Shown here: positions 35,688 through 43,572 of the stretch, piece by piece
Numbering within the stretch: the stretch's first letter is position 1
How the letters are laid out: every line of letters starts with the position of its first letter
Origin: Gemmatimonadales bacterium
GTDB taxonomy: Bacteria; Gemmatimonadota; Gemmatimonadetes; Gemmatimonadales; GWC2-71-9
DNA length: 64,000 nucleotides
Reading direction: 5' to 3'
NCBI GenBank assembly: GCA_035691925.1
Contig: DASSIL010000178.1
Span: 31,638 to 95,637, forward strand
Translations under genes and position numbers: made by a program
Notes under the pieces: generated by a model
The model's input: the letters and a program-made list of their open reading frames with translations, nothing else
Databases searched by the model: none
What the model was told of the DNA's origin: nothing

Positions 35688-36839
35688 TCAACGCAGCACC
35701 ACGCAGCGGGAGGTGCGGACGTCGCGCCCGCTCGTCAGCCGCAGGAAGTAGACGCCGTCCGGGATTCGCGTCGCATCGAGCCGCGCGGTGTGCCAGCCGC
35801 CAGCGGCGCGGCCCTGTGCCAGCACCACCCGGCGGGCCCCCGCCACGTCGTAGAGCGTGAGCGTGACCTCCGCCTCGCTCGGCAGGCCGTAGCGGACGAC
35901 GGCTTCCCCGCGCAGCGGGTGCGGCGCCGGCGCTGAGAGCTGCAGCGTCGCGGGGCGCCCCGAGATGGCGATCGGACCCACGGCGCTCGTTCCCGATGGC
36001 CCGGCCAGCGTCCACAGGCCGGCGTCGGGGATGGACAGCGAATCGATCGCGGGATCGAGGCCGTTGTCGGTGAGCCGGACGCCGGGCTGCGCCACCCACG
36101 TGCTCCCGAGCCATCGGTACGCGATCGCGCTCGTCGGCTGACCGATCGAGCGATCGAACGATGGCCCTTGTTCGCTCGCGTTCCATTGAATGGAGGCGTG
36201 CGTCGGTCCGTTGCCGGAGGGCTGGTTCCGTGCGATCGCCCACGCGCGGGTGAGCGCCGTGGCGGCGGAGATCCCCTGCGGCGGCACGGCGTCGAGCACC
36301 GCCACACGAACTGTGTCAGCGCCGGACCCGGTGCGTAGCGACACCGGATCGTAGTGGCTGTCGCCGATCGGGAAGTACGCGATCGAGCCGGCGTCCGCCG
36401 GACGCGCCAGTCGCCCGAGGGAATCGGGGGTGACCACGTAGCTCTGCGCCGAACCGCCGGCCACGACCGGCGCGAACAGGTCGTGACCCGAGAGCGACAG
36501 CCAGCCGGATTGCAGGAACAACGTGTCGGACAGCGCCGTCGCCTGCGCGAGCGAGCCCATGCCGTGCAGCGCGAGCACGAGCGATGCCAGCGACGGCACG
36601 CCGGCCAGCGCGGGCGAGCCGTAGCCCGCCAGCACCAGCATGCTGCCCGGGCCCGGGACGAAGGCACCGCCCGCGAGCAGGTCGCCTTCCAGTACGAGCG
36701 AGGTCGCACGGTCGAGCGTGACGGTGGTGCCGCCGTCGATCACGAACATCGGAGCGCCGGCCCGTGCCGGCGCCACCTGTATCGCACACGCCACCGCGAT
36801 CGTCGCCGTGAGCGTCCGCACCGCGATCCGCGGGGTCAT
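35688..36839 (-). CDS. Exported protein of unknown function with FlgD/T9SS-type-A-like C-terminal domain
   Basis: Start re-set to MTPRIAVRTLTATIAVACAIQVAPARA (36839). Its ATG overlaps the upstream stop (ATGA at 36836-36839). The C-terminus reads ..APHPLRGEAVVRYGLP..LTLYDVAGARRVVL..GVYFLRL..CVVLR. Confidence 0.8.
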   Translation of the reverse strand: MTPRIAVRTLTATIAVACAIQVAPARAGAPMFVIDGGTTVTLDRATSLVLEGDLLAGGAFVPGPGSMLVLAGYGSPALAGVPSLASLVLALHGMGSLAQATALSDTLFLQSGWLSLSGHDLFAPVVAGGSAQSYVVTPDSLGRLARPADAGSIAYFPIGDSHYDPVSLRTGSGADTVRVAVLDAVPPQGISAATALTRAWAIARNQPSGNGPTHASIQWNASEQGPSFDRSIGQPTSAIAYRWLGSTWVAQPGVRLTDNGLDPAIDSLSIPDAGLWTLAGPSGTSAVGPIAISGRPATLQLSAPAPHPLRGEAVVRYGLPSEAEVTLTLYDVAGARRVVLAQGRAAGGWHTARLDATRIPDGVYFLRLTSGRDVRTSRCVVLR

Positions 36840-38335
36840 TGTGGAACCACCTGCACCGTCATCGAGTTGCCGCTGACGGAGCCGACGTCGCCGAACTGGA
36901 TCGTCTTGCTGCCGCTGATCGTGAATCCCGCCACCGTGATGGTATGTGTCCCCGACGGAATGTTGATGCCGTCGGTGAAGGAAATCAGCTCGCGGGCGCC
37001 GTTTTCGACCTGATGGGAGTACACACGCACGTCGACGCCATCGAGTCGCAGACTCACCTGCGCCATCGAGGAGCCGCACCCGAAGCAGCCGGGATCGATG
37101 ACCACGACATTGACGCTCACGATCGCCTTCCCCGTCGCGGACAGCGTGACGCTCTTCGTCAGGTCCGGCAGGGTTGCGCCGGTGTGATCGGTGAGCGAGA
37201 CCGTGTTCCCAGAGTCGATGATGGTGACGTTGGCGTTCTCCGCGCTCGTCGCCGACACCCACGTCGCCGCGCTCGCGGACCCGTTGGAACGCAGGATCTG
37301 CCCGGCGGCGCCGGTATTGCCGTTCACCGCCAGCGCCCCGGTCGGCTTCACGGCGAAACGCTCGTTGAACGTTCCCGCCTGGTCGTAGCCCATCGCCACG
37401 TCGGCGTTGGGATTGTCGGCATAGATCTGGAGCCGGTTGCCCGCGACCGCGAAGCCGACGTCGCCGGTGGCGCCCGGATACAGCGTGATCTTCTTGCCGA
37501 GCGCGGGCGGGAAGCCGAGCGGCGCGTCAGGCGTGTCGGTGCCGATGCCGGCGTGGCCGGTCGCGCCGTTCACGTAGAAGACCTTGCTGCCCTGCGTGCC
37601 GAGCGCGAGCGTGTTGTATGCGCCGTTCGTGCCCTGTTCCATGATCGTCGCGGCGCCGCTCGTTCCGCCGCTGGTCGTGACGCCGAGCTTGAGCCGCACG
37701 GCGCTCGTGCCGACGCGCACGTCCCCTTCGGTCGCGGCCAGGTCGCCGTTGCCGCCTGCCACATCGAGGTGCACGGCCGGGTTCGGGGCGCCGATGCCGA
37801 CATTGCCGTTCTCGAGGATCGAGAACCGGCCGCCCGCGATGAACGGTGCATCCACGTAGAACGCGCCCAGCCCGCCGAAGCTCGCCACCACGCTGCCCGC
37901 GTTGTCCGTCTGGACCCGCAATCCATCCAATGGGTCCTCGACCGAGAGGCGATGGATGGGATTGGGGATCCCGACACCGACGTCGCCGTTGTCGTAGTAC
38001 AACGTCGAGCCGTTCGCGAGCCAGGGATTGGCGGGGACCGACGTGTTGTCGATCAACACCTTCCAGTTGGGCGCGACCGGCGTGCCCGCGTTGATCCACA
38101 CGCCTGGCGTGCCATCGGTCTGGTAGACCTCGAGCCCCGTGGCGGGGAGCGGGATCGCGGCGCGTTGCGCGGCGGTCATGCGCGGCGGAAGGAAGCCCTT
38201 CACCGTGGACGAGAGATCCAGCAGCGCGGACGTGTCGGCCCGCGCCGCGCTGGAGTTGATGCCCACACCCTGGGACCAGGCGGCGGGGGGCGCGATGCAC
38301 GCCGCCACCACCACGCACATGACGAAACGGCGCAT
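36836..38335 (-). CDS. Secreted tail-fibre-like / beta-helical surface protein
   Basis: Start re-set to MRRFVMCVVVAACIAPPAAWSQG (38335), with AGGAG upstream. It reads GINSSAARADTSALLDLSSTVKGFLPPRMTAAQRAAIPLPATGLEVYQTD, with repeated G(D/N)VG(V/I)G.PNP..(H/R)L.V motifs as in tail-fibre-domain proteins. The Gly/Thr/Ser/Asn-rich body resembles a beta-helix. Confidence 0.75.
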   Translation of the reverse strand: MRRFVMCVVVAACIAPPAAWSQGVGINSSAARADTSALLDLSSTVKGFLPPRMTAAQRAAIPLPATGLEVYQTDGTPGVWINAGTPVAPNWKVLIDNTSVPANPWLANGSTLYYDNGDVGVGIPNPIHRLSVEDPLDGLRVQTDNAGSVVASFGGLGAFYVDAPFIAGGRFSILENGNVGIGAPNPAVHLDVAGGNGDLAATEGDVRVGTSAVRLKLGVTTSGGTSGAATIMEQGTNGAYNTLALGTQGSKVFYVNGATGHAGIGTDTPDAPLGFPPALGKKITLYPGATGDVGFAVAGNRLQIYADNPNADVAMGYDQAGTFNERFAVKPTGALAVNGNTGAAGQILRSNGSASAATWVSATSAENANVTIIDSGNTVSLTDHTGATLPDLTKSVTLSATGKAIVSVNVVVIDPGCFGCGSSMAQVSLRLDGVDVRVYSHQVENGARELISFTDGINIPSGTHTITVAGFTISGSKTIQFGDVGSVSGNSMTVQVVPQ

Positions 38336-38456
38336 AGGGTCTCCTGGCTCGAATGCCGGAAACGGATATCGGATGTTCCAAGGGTGCACACACGGTATAA
38401 CGCTGGAACGGCCGCTCCGCCAGAGCCAATCGAGGCCGGACGCCCCGCGATCGCCC

Positions 38457-38819
38457 TCACCAATCCCGCGAGGCGCTATCGCACGCGCTCGCCTTCTTCA
38501 TCACGAACCGGACCTGCTCCAGCGTCGCGATGTCGCGCGTGGGATCGCCGGCGACCGCCACGAGGTCGGCGAGGTAGCCTGGGGCAATACGCCCGAGGCG
38601 GTCGTCCAGCCGGAACACCTTCGCGTTCACGCAGGCGCGCCATTCGACCGTCCCTTGCCAGTAGGCGGCGGGGCTCTTGGCATCGTAGAACCACGCGGCC
38701 CGTGCGTGACTCATGCTCGTGAAACTCGCCGGCAGCGACGGAGCTCCCGGCGCAGCCGAGCAGTCGCGAATGCTGCCGTGGATGCGACTCTCCGACGTCG
38801 CACCCGGGGCCAGCGTCAT
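38457..38819 (-). CDS. Amidohydrolase-family C-terminal fragment (possible gene remnant, possibly still translated)
   Basis: The 120 aa from [10 protein letters not shown].. end with [35 protein letters not shown], the typical last strand and helix of metal-dependent amidohydrolases. The metal-binding N-terminal 300 aa is absent. Its ATG overlaps the upstream stop (ATGA at 38816-38819). Confidence 0.45.
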   Translation of the reverse strand: MTLAPGATSESRIHGSIRDCSAAPGAPSLPASFTSMSHARAAWFYDAKSPAAYWQGTVEWRACVNAKVFRLDDRLGRIAPGYLADLVAVAGDPTRDIATLEQVRFVMKKASACDSASRDW

Positions 38820-39271
38820 GCACCCCCACACGCTGACGCGCCTGCCCACGAGCGCGCGGCCCCACGTGAGCATGTAGGGACGTCGAGAAGCGTGTAGCGC
38901 CTGGTCTCGGCCACGATCGCTCCGGGCGATGTCGCCGTCGCCGAGAGCGCATCCAGACGGTGACGCAGCACCCGTTCGAGGCACGGGTGCACGCCCGAAC
39001 GCGCGTTCTGGCAATTGTTGCGTTGCCTCACGAATGGCGCTTCCGTGTCGACGAGCGCCTCCCGGTTGCGGCCGGTCAGGACTCGCTCCAGTCGCGCGGT
39101 CTGTTCGTCGATCCTGGCCGTGAGCCGCGCCAGTTCAGGTGATGCGCAAGTCTCACGCTCGGCGAGGGTGAGGCGCCGGCTGCCGCAATCGACGACGGCT
39201 CGAACCGTCTGGCCCATCGTCTGCGACGGAAGCAGCAACGCCGCGGCGACCATCACCCGCCCGCACGACAT
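38816..39271 (-). CDS. Secreted LprI-like (DUF1311-type) protein
   Basis: Signal is [20 protein letters not shown]. It then reads C-x..[26 protein letters not shown]...VRQRNNC...[15 protein letters not shown], which has the Cys spacing and helical pattern of lysozyme-inhibitor LprI-like domains. The Ala/Gly-rich C-terminal ~35 aa is less convincing. Confidence 0.55.
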   Translation of the reverse strand: MSCGRVMVAAALLLPSQTMGQTVRAVVDCGSRRLTLAERETCASPELARLTARIDEQTARLERVLTGRNREALVDTEAPFVRQRNNCQNARSGVHPCLERVLRHRLDALSATATSPGAIVAETRRYTLLDVPTCSRGAARSWAGASACGGA

Positions 39272-39453
39272 CGCCGCGCGGCGATCCCGCGGGGCCGCCG
39301 GCCGCGCGCGAACCGCCTGCTCGCCCCCCAGCGCGCGTCACCGTCATTCAGCTCGCCTCGCCTCGAACCGCCCACGCGCGTGCCATGACCCGTCGTGCCG
39401 CGCGGAGGCTCGTGGGACTCGCTCCGCTCGTCAAGCCGTAACCCGCCAACGGG

Positions 39454-40347
39454 TCATTCCGGGCGGCCGCCGCCAACGGCGCCGGGTGCGTTCCAGCCCG
39501 GCCATGCCGTCGCGCGCTGCGGCGCGCGCAGCCAGCGCACGCACGCGAATCCGAACACTACGAACAGGGCGATGCACAGCGCGCTGCCTTCGGGCCCCAC
39601 GGGACCGCCGGTCAGCCACGCCGGGGCGGTCGTGGGGATTCGCGCGGTGAACAGATGCCCGGGCGCGGCGGCGTGTCCGCTGTCGGCGACACCGAACAGC
39701 CAGGTCTCCCCCCAGTCCCACGCGGCGTGGAAGCCGATCGCCAGCCACAGGCTGCCCGTGCGCCGCAGCGTCAGGCACGCCACCAGGCCGAACAGCCCGA
39801 CATTGAGGAGCCCGATCACGTTCTCACCGCCGTTCGCGTGCGTCGTGACGAACCAGGCCGTCGTCGCGACCGCCGCGGGCCAGAACCCGGCCACTTGGGC
39901 GAGCTGGAATTGCCCGTAGCCGCGGTACAGGAACTCCTCGCGCACGGCGAGCAGCAGGAACACCACGGCATACGCCAGTCCGAAGCCCGCTGCAGCGAAG
40001 GCGGACGTCGCGGGCGGCCCGAGTGCGAGCGCTCCCACGGCGCACAGCGCCAGCACGAGCGCGGCGAGCGAGCCGATGCCGATGAGCGCGCCGATCCAGA
40101 ATCGCCCGCGTAGCGCTTCGCGCCATGGCAGGCCGAAGCTCGCGAACGGTCGCTTCTCGATCGCCGCCGCGATCGCGCCGAATATCAGGATCGCGACCAG
40201 CTGGATCGAATGGCCGACGAGATAGTCCACGATCCCGTCCGCGCCGCGAAGCGCGTGGGAGAGCCAGCGGCCGAGAACGGGAAACGCGCCGAACACGAGC
40301 AGCGCGTACGCCGCCACGCCCCGAAGCGCGCCCATGCGGGGGTTCAT
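39454..40347 (-). CDS. CPBP family intramembrane endopeptidase (Abi-like), third copy in window
   Basis: 297-aa multi-TM ORF with REEFLYRGY, a H/N-containing helix (TTHANGGEN) and the FHAAWD motif. Confidence 0.85.
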   Translation of the reverse strand: MNPRMGALRGVAAYALLVFGAFPVLGRWLSHALRGADGIVDYLVGHSIQLVAILIFGAIAAAIEKRPFASFGLPWREALRGRFWIGALIGIGSLAALVLALCAVGALALGPPATSAFAAAGFGLAYAVVFLLLAVREEFLYRGYGQFQLAQVAGFWPAAVATTAWFVTTHANGGENVIGLLNVGLFGLVACLTLRRTGSLWLAIGFHAAWDWGETWLFGVADSGHAAAPGHLFTARIPTTAPAWLTGGPVGPEGSALCIALFVVFGFACVRWLRAPQRATAWPGWNAPGAVGGGRPE

Positions 40348-40492
40348 GGCTTCAACTACGGCGGCGCGCCGCGCCCGGTTTCAGCCGGCCGCCCGGAACG
40401 TGCGCAGCGCGGTTCGAGAACGACCCGGTCGGCCGGCCTGCGTGCCGCATCCGGGTCGTGAGACGGCAGGTACAGCAGCGGGTGCTCGCGGG

Positions 40493-40516
40493 CGAACGAC
40501 AGAATCCGATCGTTCG
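40493..40516. promoter_or_regulatory. Inverted repeat in divergent intergenic region (CPBP / beta-lactamase-fold gene)
   Basis: CGAACGA-N10-TCGTTCG is a perfect 7-bp inverted repeat, about 95 nt upstream of ATG 40612. Confidence 0.3.
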
Positions 40517-40611
40517 TGCGTCGCGTCACGCGGGGATCGGGACACGCGCTTTCGAAGCCTGCGGCCGATGCGTTTGCCGGTTCTGCGCCCCACCGTTAGC
40601 CTCGCGCGGCC

Positions 40612-42462
40612 ATGGGAACCCCCGCGCGCGTGCAATGGGCTCGTTCCGTCGTGACGCTGCTCGCCGCCGCCTGGCTCGCGATCTTCGTCCAAGCTGGTTT
40701 CGCCGCGCAGCCGCAGGCGGGGCTCTGGATCGCCAAGCTCGATCTCGGACCCGAGGTTCGCGGCGAGCTTCGGGTCACCCGGAATCACGGCGTGTGGCAG
40801 GCCGACATCGCGGGGCGCCTCGCGAGCGTGGCCGTCGACGGCGATTCGGTGCGCTTCCAGCTCCCGCACGGGCTGGGCGAGTTCCGTGGAACGTGGGGTG
40901 CCGGTCGCGCCTCGATCTCCGGTTTCTGGATCCAGCCGCCGGGCGCGCCGCTCGACCCGCGCGATCCCGGCAGCGCCGATCCGGCGTACGCCTCGCCGCT
41001 CGTCCTGCGACGCTCGGGGCCTGATCGTTGGGGCGGCGACGTGGTGCCGCTCGACCACCGCTTCACGCTCTACCTCGACATCGAACGCAGCACCGCGGGC
41101 GCGTGGGTCGCCGCGTTTCGCAACCCCGAGCGCAACTCGACCGGCGGCGCCTCGCTGTTCCAGGTGACGCGCGTGGGCGACTCGCTGTGGTTCGGCGCCC
41201 GGCCCGACACGAGCGAGCCCGCGATCCGCATCGGCGCCGCCTTCGACCGCTCGTCCGGTGGGCTGCGGATCGACTGGCCGGACCTCGGCCGCAGCCTCGA
41301 CATGCGGCGCTGCCGGCCGGCGGAAGCGGCGGCGTTCCATCCGCGCGCGGCGCGCGACACCGCCTACGTGTACCGCGCGCCGCGCGCGACCGGCGATGGC
41401 TGGCGGACGGCGCGCGCCCGCGAGGTGGGCATGGACGAAACCGTGCTCGCCCGGCTCGTGCAGCGGCTGCTGCGCGTGGATCCCTCGCGCCCGCGCCCGC
41501 CGCTCGTGCACTCGCTGCTCGTCGCTCGCCGGGGAAAGCTCGTGCTCGAGGAATACTTCCACGGCTACGACCGCGAGCGGCCGCACGACCTGCGTTCGGC
41601 GGGCAAGACGTTCGCCTCGGTCATGCTGGGCGCGGCGATGATGCGCGGCGTGCCGATCGGACCTGATTCGTCCATCTACCGGCTGGTCGCGGCGCGCGGA
41701 CCGTTTGCCAATCCCGATCCGAGAAAGGCCGACGTCACGCTCGCCCAGCTCATGACGCACACTTCCGGGCTCGCGTGCGACGACAACGACGACCGCTCGC
41801 CGGGGAACGAAGCCGTGATGCAGCGCCAGCGGCAGCAGCCGGACTGGTGGAAGTACACGCTCGACCTGCCCATGGTCCACGATCCCGGCACGCGTTACGC
41901 ATACGCATCGGCCGGCATGAACCTGGTGGGCGCCGCGCTGACCACCACCACCCGCACCTGGCTGCCGGCGTGGTTCGAGCGCACGATCGCCCGGCCGCTG
42001 CAGTTCGGCCGCCACTACTGGAACGTGATGCCGAACGGCGAGGGCTATCTGGGCGGCGGCGCGTTCGTGCGGCCGCGCGATCTGCTGAAGCTGGGCCAGG
42101 TCTACCTCGATGACGGGCAGTGGCGCGGAACGCGGATCGTGGACTCGTCGTGGGTGACGCGCTCGACCGCCGCCCGCGTGCACATCTCGCCCACGACCAC
42201 CGGGCTCTCGCCGGACGAGTTCGGGAACTTCTACCTGGAAGCCGACGACGGTCTGGCCTGGCATCTGTCACAGCTGCACGCGAACGGGCGCGAGTACCGC
42301 AGCTACGGAGCGACCGGCAACGGCGGGCAGCTGCTGATCGTGGTGCCCGAGCTGCAGCTGGTCGTGGTGTTCACCGCCGGCAATTACAGCCAGGGCGGGA
42401 TCTGGCTGCGGTTCCGCAGCGAGATCGTGCCCCGCGAGATCATCCCCGCGATCGTGGATTGA
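40612..42462 (+). CDS. Secreted beta-lactamase-fold serine hydrolase with N-terminal extra domain
   Basis: 616 aa, with signal-like VVTLLAAAWLAIFVQAGFA. The SxxK motif is in DLRSAGKTFASVMLGAAM, followed by LMTHTSGL and YAYASAGMNLVG. Confidence 0.85.
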   Translation: MGTPARVQWARSVVTLLAAAWLAIFVQAGFAAQPQAGLWIAKLDLGPEVRGELRVTRNHGVWQADIAGRLASVAVDGDSVRFQLPHGLGEFRGTWGAGRASISGFWIQPPGAPLDPRDPGSADPAYASPLVLRRSGPDRWGGDVVPLDHRFTLYLDIERSTAGAWVAAFRNPERNSTGGASLFQVTRVGDSLWFGARPDTSEPAIRIGAAFDRSSGGLRIDWPDLGRSLDMRRCRPAEAAAFHPRAARDTAYVYRAPRATGDGWRTARAREVGMDETVLARLVQRLLRVDPSRPRPPLVHSLLVARRGKLVLEEYFHGYDRERPHDLRSAGKTFASVMLGAAMMRGVPIGPDSSIYRLVAARGPFANPDPRKADVTLAQLMTHTSGLACDDNDDRSPGNEAVMQRQRQQPDWWKYTLDLPMVHDPGTRYAYASAGMNLVGAALTTTTRTWLPAWFERTIARPLQFGRHYWNVMPNGEGYLGGGAFVRPRDLLKLGQVYLDDGQWRGTRIVDSSWVTRSTAARVHISPTTTGLSPDEFGNFYLEADDGLAWHLSQLHANGREYRSYGATGNGGQLLIVVPELQLVVVFTAGNYSQGGIWLRFRSEIVPREIIPAIVD

Positions 42463-42657
42463 CGCCCGCGCGTGGCTGCCAGCCGCGCAGGCGGTTCGCC
42501 GGGGCAAACGAGCGACCTGGGCACGAATTTCGTTTGTCGCGCGAGAACGGCGCTATATCCTTCCCGTGCTGCACGCCTTCCCCCGGACCCTCGGGCCGCG
42601 TTCGCTCCCCGGATCCGACACCTCGGCGCAGCTCCAACCGCAGGGAGAACTTGCCCC

Positions 42658-43572
42658 ATGAGACGTGTCGCCCCGCACGTGTGCTTCTCCGTCGCCATCG
42701 CCCTGGGCGTCTGGGCCTCCAGTTCCACCGCCCAGACGGTCTCCACGTTCGTCGCGGGGCTCACGCGCCCGTGCGGCGTCGCCGGAGGTCCCGCGGGACA
42801 GGTGTTCGTCTGCACCCGCGCGCCGGACGCCAAGGTCTATCGCTACACGCCTCCGAGCCCGCTCGCCACGCTGGTCGCGAGCGGCTTCGTGGATCCCACC
42901 GACGTGAAGGCGGACGCGCTGGGCAACGTGTACGTCGCCGACTATGGCGCGGGGATGGTGTTCCAGCTGCCCCCGTCCGGGCCGCCGGTCGCGCTGGCGG
43001 TGATCGCCAATCCGTACGGCCTCGCCCTCGACAACGCGGGCTTCCTCTACATCAGTGAATCGCTGAATCGCCGCGTGGACCGGGTCCTCACCACCGGCGG
43101 CATTCCCACGATCTACACCAGCGTGCTCGGTGCGCCCACGGACCAGCTCGGGCCGCTGTTCGTCGATCCCGCCGGCACCCTGTACGCGGGCATGCTGACG
43201 GGCACGATCTTCAAGATCGGCCCCGGCGGCTCGCCGATCTCGCCGTTCGCCACGCTGCCGGCGTGCACCGCGATCATCCCGAACGGCGCGGGCGGCTTCT
43301 TCGCGGCCACGGGACCCAACGATGCCATCGATGCAATCGGGGCGTTGGGCGCTCCGATCACGCTGTTCGCGGGCATTCCCGGATCGCCCGGCCACGTGGA
43401 CGGCAGCCTGCTGTCGGCGCAGTTCAACGGCCTGCGCGGCATGGGCGACGTGGGGCCCAACCAGGACATCTACGTGGCCGAGGAGGGCAACGGCGACGTC
43501 CGCGTGATCTCCCAGCTCGCCACCCCCGCGCGCTCCACCACCTGGGGCCGGATCCAGGCGCTGTATCGCTGA
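42658..43572 (+). CDS. Secreted NHL/SMP-30-like beta-propeller protein
   Basis: Start re-set to MRRVAPHVCFSVAIALGVWASSSTA, with GGGAGA upstream. Blade-like units are DALGNVYVADYGAGMVFQL, DNAGFLYISESLNRRVDRV and NQDIYVAEEGNGDVRVI. It lacks the FlgD-like domain and ends ..TTWGRIQALYR. Confidence 0.75.
   Translation: MRRVAPHVCFSVAIALGVWASSSTAQTVSTFVAGLTRPCGVAGGPAGQVFVCTRAPDAKVYRYTPPSPLATLVASGFVDPTDVKADALGNVYVADYGAGMVFQLPPSGPPVALAVIANPYGLALDNAGFLYISESLNRRVDRVLTTGGIPTIYTSVLGAPTDQLGPLFVDPAGTLYAGMLTGTIFKIGPGGSPISPFATLPACTAIIPNGAGGFFAATGPNDAIDAIGALGAPITLFAGIPGSPGHVDGSLLSAQFNGLRGMGDVGPNQDIYVAEEGNGDVRVISQLATPARSTTWGRIQALYR

Noticed and set aside
40493-40516. CGAAC...GTTCG read as a LexA (Cheo-box-like) SOS operator
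   Set aside because: The spacing between the CGAAC and GTTCG half-sites is 14 nt rather than 4, and the flanking genes are not SOS-type. It is kept only as a generic inverted repeat.
43540-43572. The C-terminal ..TTWGRIQALYR tail of the NHL/SMP-30-like protein as a second kind of sorting tag
   Set aside because: There is only one instance in the window, so no recurrence can be shown from this sequence.
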